NCBI GenBank assembly: GCA_002811645.1
Contig: PDIP01000073.1
Coordinates: forward strand, 1 to 64,000
Source: Corallochytrium limacisporum Hawaii
Taxonomy: Eukaryota > Protista > Pluriformea
Direction of reading: 5' to 3'
DNA: 64,000 nt
Shown: one piece after another, positions 34,239 through 44,660 of the stretch
How positions within the stretch are numbered: the stretch's first letter is position 1
Layout of the letters: each line of letters starts with the position of its first letter
Made by a program: the position numbers and the translations under genes
The notes under the pieces: model-generated
Databases searched by the model: none
What the model saw: the letters and a program-made list of their open reading frames with translations, nothing else
Told to the model about the DNA's origin: nothing

Positions 34239-34922
34239 TTAATCCGATGGTGCGTCGCTGGAAGCCCCGTTGACCGTACCTTTATCCAAGACCTGTTGAA
34301 TAATGTCCTGGAACGCGTCAGCCTCCTGTGCACCGGACACGGCAAACTTGCCGTCAAGAATAAAGAAGGGCACACCACTCACATAATCAATCACTTCGTT
34401 GATTTGTGAAATAACCTTTTCTCTGTACTTAGTCGGATCCTTTACCACAACCTCGGCCTCAGCCGCGTCCAGGTTGCTTTCCTTAGCAGCATTAACGAGC
34501 ACGGCAGGGTCGCTGATGGTCTCATCGTCCTCGAAGTATGCCTTGAAGAGGCGTTCCATAAGGCGATCCTGCGCCTTCCAACCCTTCTCTTCGAGGCACC
34601 ATTCCGCTAAACGATGCGAGTCCATGGTGTTACTCACCTTTCCGGCATAAGGCATCTCAATCCCTTCATCTCGAGCCGCTGACTGTACAGTGTCACGGAT
34701 CGCCTCGGCCCGAGCTCCGAACTTATGCCGATAGGACTGCATCTTATCGCGACCCTCCTGTGGCAGGGAAGGGTCCAAGAAGAATGGCAACCATCGAATC
34801 TCAAAGTCTGCCTTGTCCTTGAATTTGGCTAACGCCTTTTCCAGTCGCCTTTTCCCAATGTAACACCAGGGTCAGATAGTGTCACTGACCACCGCAATTT
34901 TCATTACGCGTCTGGTAGCCAT
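34239..34922 (-). CDS. FrnE/DsbA-like thioredoxin-fold oxidoreductase, selenoprotein (Sec at codon 17, UPWC motif)
   Basis: MATRRVMKIAVVSDTI-TGA-PWCYIGKRRLEKAL...EIRWLPFFLDP...NTMDSHRL...VSGVPFFILDGKFAVSGAQ; TGA at 34872-34874 aligns with the first Cys of the family CPWC motif; SECIS downstream; 227 aa. Confidence 0.92.
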
Positions 34923-35649
34923 GTTTAGCTCCAAGCGGTTACCTTCACAGCTTCCTGCTTTGAACTTGACCCACGCACTATGGAGAGAGCAGCACACTTC
35001 AAGATCTCACCTACCTGCAAAACACGGCATCCTGTCTGAACAGCACGTCCGTACGAACATTCCACCGCCGGTTCACATGGAGCCTGATACGCATAATATG
35101 CCCTGAAAAGTATGGCACAACCTGCCAAAAGTGTTGGTGCCGAAGGGGGGCTCCCGGGCGAGAAAGAGAGGGGTAGCAGGAGCCGGTGTTGCAGGTTTTG
35201 CCTCCACCTGCCCTTGCAGCAGTATATTGACCATCCGGGACACAGTGGAAGAATTCGCGAGATCAGAGATTAGCGTAGTAAGGGGGGAGTCAGATTCTTT
35301 TTCGTCAGTCGGCACACCTGGTTTCAGCATTGGAGGCGTTTTCACAAATAGAGGTATATTAAATTAATTTTCAATAATTTTGCCCGTATATATATATTTA
35401 CATCGGTCAGTACATTTCTATCTTCATCTCGGTCAGCGAAAGTGTCATGCGCAAGTCGGGAAGCTACGAGGGGTCCAAACCTGTTTGGGGCTGTTTATTG
35501 CTTGGTAGCGCCGAAGCATGCATTTGGCCGCGACCCGAGATCTTACCACAGAAATATTAGTGCAAACACGAGTTGTCATGATGATGATGATGATGCTCAT
35601 AATGCCATGTATTCGTCTATATTGTCAATTGCAACGCAAAGGCTATGCC

Positions 35650-38600
35650 TTAGCCAGAGGACTCGTCAATGTCCTCATGGCTCGCGCGGAATCGCTTCAG
35701 TGGAGGACCTTGTACATCGTTGGGATCTGGCACGTCCTCTGTGTCCGCGTCCGAAGCGTTGCCCGGTCCATCATTACCGTCGGACCCGTCGTCTTCAATG
35801 TCGTCTTTGTCGTAGCCCTGCTCGTTGTCACTGCCCTCCTGGTCTTGGTTCGCACTATCACTGTTTTCATCACCGGCGGCCAAATCTCCCTGATCGTCTG
35901 AAGGGGCCTTCGCTTCGTGCACCATATTATCGTTCGCCCCGGCATCCTCCTCCTTCTTATCCGCTGCTTTGTCACTGCCAGTTGGTGATGGGCTGGAGAC
36001 TATGGCTTCAGCGGTGCTACCATCTAGCGCGTCCTCTCCTTTTTCGCCTGCGAGGCTGCCCGTGCCGGGCTTAGAGTCATTGTCTCGAGCACCGCGTTCC
36101 TCGTCCGTTTCTTCGTCGTCCTCGGCAGTATCGTCAAGATTTTCATCTTCTTCCGCTGCCACGGCCGACACACCGTTGAAGGGCTGATCGCCACCTTCAG
36201 AATCGCTATCCTTCTCAAGCTGAACATTGCTCGGCTCTTGACCGGACGTCGGTGAGGCAATCTTGTTGCCCTGCAGTTCATCGCTGCTGCCTCCGCCATC
36301 GACACTTTCGCTCTTTCCTGGCATCTCACCATCACTACGCGGCATTTCACCGGCAGTGAGGGCTCCCTCAGACTCTTCTGATTCGAACCATTCCTCGTCG
36401 CCGAAGTCCAAGCGACCTTGACGGCGGCGCAAAATGCCGGCGTCGCTCTTCTTGCTGTTCTCACAATGTTTTGTGATCAGCTGCTTGAAGGTGTTCACAT
36501 AATTAACCTGATCGAGAGTTGGACGGAAGTTCTTGACACAATGATCCACCAGAGTGAAAATGTTGTGCCGTTGAATGAAGTCAAACAATTCAATGATGGC
36601 GCTGTTCAGCAGATTGTAACGGTGGCCGTTCTTCTGGAAGATGCTAATCAGCACATGGAAGCCTCCGTTCTGGATGATGGCCCGATTGTACACTTCGTCT
36701 TGTTGAGCTACGATCGCACGAAGAAGTCGAACTGAGGCAAGCACTGTGGGGGAGTCATTACGGTTCAACAATTGAATCAAACGTGGAATGACACCCATGC
36801 GTAAGAAAGCGCTCTTGACATGTTGGTTGTGCTGTGTCACAAGGATGTTGAGCAAGTCGAGGACGTGGCCCAAGACTGTAGTGAAGCGGTAGCTTGTGTA
36901 CCGGTTACGGTCAGTGCGCGTAGTCAGAGACGAGCCATAGTGCACATTGGTTGCACTGGTGATCTCAATAATAGGCTCCATAAGCTTTTGCACGACATAG
37001 TCATCGCTGAAAATGGCCTTCACATCCGATGGCTGATGGCTCATAAAGTACAGATTGGAACCCTTCACGTCAAAAAGAATACGCAACATTTCCGCAATGT
37101 GGGCCTTCATGCCAATGTCCTTGTCCCGAATGAGACGGTGCAGCAACAGCCAGAGAATGTTAGATTGCACCTGTGAGCGTGCCACAGGGCCTGAATGCAT
37201 GCCGACACTACTTCGGCGTCTACCACCTGAGGGCTTATTGTTTGGTGACCAGAACGATGGTTTTGAAGGATTGTTGGAACCGGCAGCGCCAGTGGCAGGG
37301 CTGCCATTTGCCTGCTGGGCCACCTGCTGCTGCTTGGGATTTGGTCCTTTGGACGATGATGATGCCGCGACTGCCCTACTGCCACTGTCACCTATGCTTG
37401 ACACGTCTGGCTCAATGCCTGACGGATTACCCGAGCCGAATGGATCCGATTCCCGACGACTATGGTATAATATAGAGCGGACCATGCCAACGTCGTAGCT
37501 CAGCAGCACACTGAAAATATTGGCAGCCGCCATACGCTGTTCCAAATCTCGAGATATCAAGTGTTGGCTGATCACATTCAACAGGCCACGCTGGCAAAGC
37601 ATCTCGTACAGCGACCCTCCTCCGCGATCTTTGCCGGCCATTTGGATGTTCTTTGCCATCTGGCAGAAATGTTCAATGAACCGAATAGCGTCACGACGCT
37701 CAACCTGAGACAGTGAGCGGCTGTTCAAGCGTTCAAATAGTTTGGACAAGAATTCTTCATCGCCCTGCAACTGGTTGATGATATCCACATTATTGAAAAA
37801 GATGAGCGAGTTAAGGGTAGAAAAGGTTGCTTCATCCAGAATGCGGGGTAACACCACATCCTTCAGGTATTGAACTCTGAATGTTTGATGGATCTTGGCG
37901 AGTAATTGCGGTTCATTGAAGGGCACAACTTCCTTGAACTGAACATTCCGAGCCAGAAATTCCCGATGGTGTTGGCGTTGAGGAATGCCGTGGTCATACT
38001 CTAGCATACCCAAGACATCCCAAATGAGATCTTCCTGAAAGAGTATCTCGAAGAGGGCATTTCCATTGAGCAAAATCATACCCTTCATGATGTCAAACAA
38101 TGTGTGCAAAGCTTCCAGGTCCTCAGCCTCCTCACAGGCGCGGAAAGTCTGAGCCAATGATACAAGGTATGACTTATTCAGTAGTAACGAGGCACAGCGA
38201 TCCCGGTGTGCCGGATGATTAATAATTCGACTCAGCAAAGGCAGATTGGCAACAATAGGCTCAGGTAAGGAGTCCAGTTGAGTGTAGTAGAGATTATTGT
38301 CGCTCAAATGTTCAACTGGAATCTCATCTTCCTTGTCACCGGCCTCCATGCTGTGACGTAGCGTCGATGGCGGCAGGGTGTCATCATCGTAGGTATGTTG
38401 AGGAATGTTTTGCTGTCGTACGACGTCTGCTTCCTTGCCTTCCATTTCCAAGGCTTTGGCCTCATCATAAACACTGTTTCCCATTGACTCGTCAATTTTA
38501 CGCTGGTGGTGTCCACCTCCGCTATCGCTGCCACCAGCAGTGCCTGCACTGCCCCCATTGGAGGTGGGTGTCCCAGCGGTGTTGCCAAACTTTTCCAGGT

Positions 38601-39204
38601 CCAACGGTTCCCGGCCCTGATGCGCACAAATGGCACAATATATTCTTGCACACCCGCTCTTCTCCTGGAAACTCAGAGCCACGTCCCGTTTCAGAGTGGC
38701 GTCTGTCCATACTAATAGTGTCTGTTGTTGAACGTTGTATACTTTGTCTCCCACTCTAGTGTTAAGCAATACCCGAGACCGATCCTGGTCACTAACTACG
38801 ACAATTCGCCGGTATCGTGGCTCGCCATGACTGGAGTCCTCCGGAACAATATGCACATGACCAGTTCCCACGGGATCCCAGTCGCTTCTGTCATTCAACT
38901 TATAGTATTTGACCAGTGGTGGTGGCCGTACATTTAGGGCAACTCTACCCGATGAAGCAATGTGCACCGACCCACTAGCTTCATCTTCGTCTTCTAATGG
39001 ACCATCATCAGCTATCTGATCCTTACTGCTTAATGTGTCCGACATTGTTTTGTCTTGGGAAGTCTCCCTACTATTATTGCTGCTAGAATCGATGGGACCT
39101 TGGCCATCCGATATGTTGGGCTCGGTGGTGTCCTCTTCGATATCCTTGTCCACATCCCGGTTTTCTTTTCGCCGGGACTTTAATGATTTCCCATTCGAGG
39201 GCAT
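35650..39204 (-). CDS. PPP4R3: Serine/threonine protein phosphatase 4 regulatory subunit 3 (SMEK/PSY2)
   Basis: EVH1-like VKYYKLNDRSDWDPVGTGHV...QQQTLLVW...ALSFQEKSGC; SMK-1 region LEYD...HREFL...FKEVVP...KIHQTFRVQYLKDVVLP; RYNLLNSAIIELFDFI; first ATG at 39204. Confidence 0.93.
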   Translation of the reverse strand: MPSNGKSLKSRRKENRDVDKDIEEDTTEPNISDGQGPIDSSSNNSRETSQDKTMSDTLSSKDQIADDGPLEDEDEASGSVHIASSGRVALNVRPPPLVKYYKLNDRSDWDPVGTGHVHIVPEDSSHGEPRYRRIVVVSDQDRSRVLLNTRVGDKVYNVQQQTLLVWTDATLKRDVALSFQEKSGCARIYCAICAHQGREPLDLEKFGNTAGTPTSNGGSAGTAGGSDSGGGHHQRKIDESMGNSVYDEAKALEMEGKEADVVRQQNIPQHTYDDDTLPPSTLRHSMEAGDKEDEIPVEHLSDNNLYYTQLDSLPEPIVANLPLLSRIINHPAHRDRCASLLLNKSYLVSLAQTFRACEEAEDLEALHTLFDIMKGMILLNGNALFEILFQEDLIWDVLGMLEYDHGIPQRQHHREFLARNVQFKEVVPFNEPQLLAKIHQTFRVQYLKDVVLPRILDEATFSTLNSLIFFNNVDIINQLQGDEEFLSKLFERLNSRSLSQVERRDAIRFIEHFCQMAKNIQMAGKDRGGGSLYEMLCQRGLLNVISQHLISRDLEQRMAAANIFSVLLSYDVGMVRSILYHSRRESDPFGSGNPSGIEPDVSSIGDSGSRAVAASSSSKGPNPKQQQVAQQANGSPATGAAGSNNPSKPSFWSPNNKPSGGRRRSSVGMHSGPVARSQVQSNILWLLLHRLIRDKDIGMKAHIAEMLRILFDVKGSNLYFMSHQPSDVKAIFSDDYVVQKLMEPIIEITSATNVHYGSSLTTRTDRNRYTSYRFTTVLGHVLDLLNILVTQHNQHVKSAFLRMGVIPRLIQLLNRNDSPTVLASVRLLRAIVAQQDEVYNRAIIQNGGFHVLISIFQKNGHRYNLLNSAIIELFDFIQRHNIFTLVDHCVKNFRPTLDQVNYVNTFKQLITKHCENSKKSDAGILRRRQGRLDFGDEEWFESEESEGALTAGEMPRSDGEMPGKSESVDGGGSSDELQGNKIASPTSGQEPSNVQLEKDSDSEGGDQPFNGVSAVAAEEDENLDDTAEDDEETDEERGARDNDSKPGTGSLAGEKGEDALDGSTAEAIVSSPSPTGSDKAADKKEEDAGANDNMVHEAKAPSDDQGDLAAGDENSDSANQDQEGSDNEQGYDKDDIEDDGSDGNDGPGNASDADTEDVPDPNDVQGPPLKRFRASHEDIDESSG

Positions 39205-40798
39205 GGTTTTGTAGAAATATTTTTGATACAATTCCCTAGTATGTCTCACATTCTTCTTCGTAGGTATGAGTCCCTAGATAAGCGTTCTCAAGAAAGAATA
39301 GAACAATTATTACTTTTGTGTTCGAGTTATTAGTTGTTTAGCTGCTTATTTTTAAATAGCCCTTCTGAAAACCAAGAAATTATAGATTTAAAACACACCG
39401 TCCACACCTTTCACGCCACCATTGCGCGCCCTCAACTTGTCGGAGTTTGCACACAAAGTACCGCCCCCCCCCCCCCGCCGCTTCCCGTTCTCCCCAGCGG
39501 GGGCCCTCTTTCTGCTCCTTTGTAGGCCCATCCCCTCGGGAGGGGGGGGGGAGGGGTTTCTCCGCCTTTGAGACCTTTTCCTTTTTTTTTCCTGCCTTTC
39601 TTCTTTTTCGGTTCGGACTCTCTGAGCTAGGCGGCAGCGCGCCCTTCACAATCTTCTACGCGTGACGCACGCATGCCCCCCACCGCGCAGGGAGATAGAG
39701 CGCCGTGGCAAAAAAAGGGAATAAAACCGGGAAGTGCGCCGGTGAACAAAGCCAGTAAAGAGCACCTGGTCTCCCTCCTTTTCAACTCTCTGACCTGCTG
39801 CTGCGTGTCCTTCGCCTTTTCAATTTTCCTTCCTTGTTCAGCCACACACGCACACAACCCCCGGTGATAAAGTTCTCTCACCCGCACAGGCTGCTCCTCC
39901 CCCCCCCGGCCGCCCGCGTTCCCGATCGCTTCCGGGCCGTTTATTTCCCCCTTTTTTTGTCATTGCCAGCCACACAGCACCGGGGGGGGGGGTTGGCCAA
40001 AGTGCCGCACTCTCTCTCTCTCTCTCCAGCTGTCCGAGACGAGGGCCACATACCACCCCGGGGCGGTGGGAGGGAGGAGGAGAGACGGACTACGGCAAAA
40101 GGCCGGCACGTTCCCCAAACTCAAAGGCACCGAACGAAAGCCGGGAACAGTGACTACGACGGAGGATACCATCTATCTTACCTCCCCCAATACCCCCCCC
40201 CCCGGGAGGGGGTGCTCCACGAATCTCTCTCTTCCTTTTGGGTTTAAGTTTCCTGCGAACACTTCAGATTTTCACTTTTATCTTTTAACTTTTTTCGCCA
40301 TTTCGCTCGCTGCCAAATCAATCGTCGGGTCCTGGTATAACTCCAGGGTGAACGTGGTTGAGCCGCCTTCAAAATCTCTGAGCTCCCGGCTCCCGTATCT
40401 TTCCTAGTTAGTGCTCTGGCATATTTTCATTCTTATATAATTTTATTGTTGTTCTGTTTCCGTTGTGAGTTCCTGATCTTGCGTTTTCGGGTAAAACAGT
40501 TTTCCTCGACGGGAGAATGTGTGTTTCCCATAGTTGTCCTGTGCGAAGAGAGAGACAGAGAGAGTTGGGGTGTGTGTGTGTGTGTGTAGTGTGTTGTCGT
40601 CGTGTGCAGCAAGTCATTACTATGCACAGTTGCAGATGATCTCCGGAACCCCGTGTGTCCGGCTCATGACGCGACATTTTTATCGCGCAGGGTGAAGAGA
40701 GGAGGTTCAGGGGCCGGCTGAATTCCCTCTCCCACTCACTGCCTGGCCCCGTCCCTCCAGATTCCAATCACGAACCATTGATTTCAAATTTCGCCAGT

Positions 40799-40808
40799 AA
40801 TATATATA
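40799..40808 (+). promoter_or_regulatory. TATA-like element upstream of the tRNA gene
   Basis: AATATATATA about 20-30 nt upstream of tRNA position 1. Confidence 0.5.
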
Positions 40809-40828
40809 CTATTTTTTTGCCTCGAGAC

Positions 40829-40954
40829 AATTGAGTAGCTTAGGGGTAGAGCATTGCACTCGTAGTGGATCAGTCAGCGGCCCTTCCATCTTCGGAGGAG
40901 GGTCGCTTGATTCAGGACATGCAAAGGTCGTGGGTTCGATTCCCATCTCAGCCT
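40829..40954 (+). tRNA. tRNA-Thr(CGT) with a 54-nt intron (40865-40918) and a mismatched 5' acceptor end
   Basis: D arm GCTT-AGGGGTA-GAGC; anticodon stem TTGCA/TGCAA with loop CT-CGT-A^A (intron at canonical 37/38); variable loop AGGTC; T arm GTGGG-TTCGATT-CCCAT; 3' acceptor CTCAGCC-T against 5' AATTGAG. Confidence 0.88.
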
Positions 40955-40975
40955 GGTCGCTCAGGCCAAGTTCAC

Positions 40976-40985
40976 TTTTTTTTTT
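40976..40985 (+). terminator. RNA polymerase III terminator (T10)
   Basis: T run about 21 nt after the tRNA 3' end. Confidence 0.8.
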
Positions 40986-41442
40986 CTCCATTTTTTTTTT
41001 GGGACAATATTTCCCCTCGTTTTTTTCGTCCTTTTCTTTTTTGTCCAGTTATTCTCTATGGTAGTCCCCTGGTCTCTATTCTTAGCACGGGCAGGGCGAA
41101 ACGTGCCGGTCCGCCCGCCCGACCAGCCAGCCATCCGAAATGACCCGCGCGGCTGGGCGGGAGCTACGTGGAGCGTGGCGTGCAGAGAAGTGTCCTGCGT
41201 CGCCGCCTGAGACAGCCTCTCGGTTTAAAATTTCGTTGTGGTGACGTGTCCTTGTTAACATGAACTCCGATCAGGTATAAATCTAGAATATGTGGACAAC
41301 CATATGGTTGTATGGCAAACGTGCTCGCATGTAACCTTGCATCGGTTTAGAAAGCGGACGTTGACCCCAGGAGAGCATGGTTCCATCGCGAAGACATTGT
41401 ATGAATACATAATTCAAAGACATAGCTACACATTAGTGAAAC

Positions 41443-42540
41443 ATGGCCAATCAAAAGCAAAGGTTGGCCTTTGAACTGCTGGCCTTTGCCATTTCGCAGG
41501 CAGCCCTCTACTTTGGCATTCGGTACATTATGGACAGCATGGACCCTCAGAAGGACAAGAAGCAGGCGAGTAAGCAAAAGGGCCAAGACATTTTGAAGCG
41601 CATCGGACGGCCAGATGTACGGTTGGATGAGTACGAGTATATGGTTGCTTCTAACATCATTGATACAAGTTCAGATATCGACACGGACTGGAGTGATATT
41701 GGTGGTCTTGATAGTGTGATTCAGAGCCTGAAGGAGTCAGTTGTGTTTCCGTTCAGTCGACCTGACATTTTTAAGGGCCACAGCAAGCTCCTACAACCAC
41801 CAAAGGGTATTCTCCTGTACGGTCCCCCGGGGTGTGGAAAGACCATGTTGGCAAAAGCCGTCGCCAAGGCAAGTCATTGCGTCTTCATAAATGTGCAGAT
41901 GAATTCGCTGACTGACAAGTGGTTCGGAGAAAGCCAGAAGCTGGTGTCTGCGCTCTTCTCCCTGGCCCGCAAGCTGCAGCCCGCCATTATCTTCTTAGAT
42001 GAGGCTGACGCTCTACTGAGGAACCGTGCAAGTAACGATCACGAGGCTACAGCGATGATGAAAGCTATTTTTATGTCGCAGTGGGACGGTTTAACGACGG
42101 ACCCAGACTGCCGTGTAATTGTCATGGGTGCCACAAACCGCCCCTATGATGTTGACAAGGCGTTCCTGCGACGTATGCCCCAGACCTTCAAGGTTAGCCT
42201 GCCAAACACTCAGCAACGTGAAGCAATTCTGCGCGTTCTGCTGAAGAGCGAGCCCATTGATGACACTGTCAATCTACAGCGCCTCGCTGAGCAAACCGAA
42301 CGGTACTCTGGCTCTGCGCTTTCCGAATTGTGTAGAAACGCAGCAATGTACGTTGTACGGGAGTACATGGCCAGGGAGGGTAGCATGGATCCGCCGGAAC
42401 TGGTGGATGGGACCAACACTGCCACGGGACTGCGTCCTCTCAGTATGAAGGACTTCGAGGCCTGCCTCCAAACTCCCCTGCACAATGGCAAGTCCTATGA
42501 AGTCAAAATCCCCTCCATGCCGGCCGACGACTTGGATTAA
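41443..42540 (+). CDS. ATAD1: Membrane AAA ATPase/extractase ATAD1/Msp1
   Basis: N-terminal TM helix, WSDIGGLD, PKGILLYGPPGCGKT, DKWFGESQKL, IFLDEAD, DHEATAMMKA.FMSQWDG, GATNRP and LRRMP motifs. Confidence 0.94.
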   Translation: MANQKQRLAFELLAFAISQAALYFGIRYIMDSMDPQKDKKQASKQKGQDILKRIGRPDVRLDEYEYMVASNIIDTSSDIDTDWSDIGGLDSVIQSLKESVVFPFSRPDIFKGHSKLLQPPKGILLYGPPGCGKTMLAKAVAKASHCVFINVQMNSLTDKWFGESQKLVSALFSLARKLQPAIIFLDEADALLRNRASNDHEATAMMKAIFMSQWDGLTTDPDCRVIVMGATNRPYDVDKAFLRRMPQTFKVSLPNTQQREAILRVLLKSEPIDDTVNLQRLAEQTERYSGSALSELCRNAAMYVVREYMAREGSMDPPELVDGTNTATGLRPLSMKDFEACLQTPLHNGKSYEVKIPSMPADDLD

Positions 42541-42797
42541 GAAGAAGTGTTTTCACGGCTCTTGATGTTCATTCAAAAACAAATTCTGTCGATTGTCATG
42601 TACCATCACTGCCCAACATTTTCTCATACAGCATAAACATGTAAAGAAACATCACTGTTATAGTCTGAAAATGAAGCTGACGATTTGTTTGTATTTCGTG
42701 TAATGAAAAGTTCATGCGGTGTGCTCTTTGTGCTATAACGAGGTTTTTGTATGCCTGTGAAGATTCACAGATCAAAGAAGTTTGTCTTTAAATTAGT

Positions 42798-44660
42798 TTA
42801 CATGGACTGCTCCTCGAGCTGGCGGAAGCTTGCACTGACCTTCTCGTTAAGGGCCTTGTACTTCTTGATCAGGGCCTCCTTACCGTCGGAAGGCTCCTCA
42901 AACTTCATGCTGACCAGTTCGTAGATCAGATCACCCAAGTTCTCCTTGATGACATTCCAGGTAATCTTGGTGTCCTGGTGAGCAGTGGACTCAATGACCT
43001 GCAGAGCCTTCTCGTGGAAGAGAGCAATATTGCGCATCATCCAGGTGGTCTTGTACAGGGGACAGAACTGATCGTAGGTGCTGAAACCATTCTGCTGCAG
43101 GAAATCGTCCTTGATCAGACCAGCCACTTCCAGGTGGACCTTGTCAGTCTCAGCCAGAGAGGACTTACCGACCAGCTGCACAATTTCAGACAGATCTTCT
43201 TCGATCTGCAGAATCTCGCGGAAGGTCTGGCGCAGACGCACAAACTCTGGCTCAAAGTCTTCGTAGAACTTGGACAAGGCCTTCTCGTAGTTGGAGTAGG
43301 AGATGTTCCAGTTCACGGACGGGAAATGCTTGCGCTGGGCCAGCTTCTTGTCCAGACCCCAGAACACCTGCACAATACCCAAAGTGGACTGGGTGACGGG
43401 ATCGGAGAAGTCACCACCCGGCGGGGACACGGCACCGACAATGGAGACGGACCCTTGACGGTCCGGAGAACCGAGGCAGGTCACCTTACCAGCACGCTCG
43501 TAGAAGGAAGCGAGACGGGCAGCCAGATAGGCAGGGTAACCGGAATCAGCAGGCATCTCAGCAAGACGACCGGAAATTTCACGCAGAGCTTCGGCCCAGC
43601 GGGAGGTGGAATCAGCCATCATGGCAACGTTGTAACCCATGTCGCGCATGTACTCGGAAAGAGTAATACCAGTGTAAATAGAAGCCTCACGGGCAGCTAC
43701 AGGCATATTGGAGGTGTTGGCCACCAGCGTAGTGCGCTTCATAATAGATTCCTTGCTGCCATCGGGCAGGTCCATCTCGAGTTCAGGGAACTCGGCCAAT
43801 ACTTCGGACATTTCGTTACCACGCTCACCGCACCCGACGTAAATGATAACATCGGAATTAGAGAATTTGGACAGGGCCTGACTGATGACAGTCTTGCCAC
43901 AGCCGAAGGCACCGGGGATGGCAGTGGTGCCACCCTGCACACAAGGGAAAAGAGCATCCAGCACACGCTGGCCCGTAATCAGCGGATAGTCGGCGACCAT
44001 CTGACGAGCGACCGGGCGCGGGGAACGGACGGGCCAGTTGTGGTACATCTTGAGCTTCTTCTTCTTGCCGTTGAACTCAATCTCCATGACATCATCCTTC
44101 AGAGTGTACATCCCTTTGGGCGCGAGCCAAGTGACAGTACCCTTGTCACGGGGAGGTACCATGATCTTTTGGGTGATCAGGGCGGATTCCCTAACGGTGC
44201 CAAAAATGTCGCCACCAGTCACCTGGTCTCCTACTTTGACATCGGTAGGCACGAACTCCCATTCCTTATCCTTGTCCAAAGCAGGAGTCTCCACACCGCG
44301 GGGAATATAAATGGAGTCAGTCATGTCACTAATTTTCTGCAGAGGACGCTGAATACCGTCATAAATGTTGTTCATCAAACCGGGACCCAGTTCTACGGAC
44401 AGGGGTTTGCCAGTGCGGAACACGGGATCGCCGACACAGATACCTCCAGTCTCCTCGTAGACCTGCAGAGTAGCAGTGTCCTTCTCGAGACGAATAATCT
44501 CAGCGACCAACTTTTCGTGACCGACACGGACCAACTCGTACATAGTAGCACCCTTCATGTTGGTGGCCGTGATAACAGGACCGGAAACAGTGGTGATCTT
44601 ACCGACGGCCTTTTCGGAATCGATAGGCGTCTTCTTCGCATTTTCCATCATTCCCGCCAT
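42798..44660 (-). CDS. ATP6V1A: V-type proton ATPase catalytic subunit A
   Basis: [55 protein letters not shown] motifs; first ATG at 44660; no intein. Confidence 0.98.
   Translation of the reverse strand: MAGMMENAKKTPIDSEKAVGKITTVSGPVITATNMKGATMYELVRVGHEKLVAEIIRLEKDTATLQVYEETGGICVGDPVFRTGKPLSVELGPGLMNNIYDGIQRPLQKISDMTDSIYIPRGVETPALDKDKEWEFVPTDVKVGDQVTGGDIFGTVRESALITQKIMVPPRDKGTVTWLAPKGMYTLKDDVMEIEFNGKKKKLKMYHNWPVRSPRPVARQMVADYPLITGQRVLDALFPCVQGGTTAIPGAFGCGKTVISQALSKFSNSDVIIYVGCGERGNEMSEVLAEFPELEMDLPDGSKESIMKRTTLVANTSNMPVAAREASIYTGITLSEYMRDMGYNVAMMADSTSRWAEALREISGRLAEMPADSGYPAYLAARLASFYERAGKVTCLGSPDRQGSVSIVGAVSPPGGDFSDPVTQSTLGIVQVFWGLDKKLAQRKHFPSVNWNISYSNYEKALSKFYEDFEPEFVRLRQTFREILQIEEDLSEIVQLVGKSSLAETDKVHLEVAGLIKDDFLQQNGFSTYDQFCPLYKTTWMMRNIALFHEKALQVIESTAHQDTKITWNVIKENLGDLIYELVSMKFEEPSDGKEALIKKYKALNEKVSASFRQLEEQSM

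Noticed and set aside
43800-43850. Possible VMA1-type intein in V-ATPase A
   Set aside because: [11 protein letters not shown] is uninterrupted and the protein length is normal
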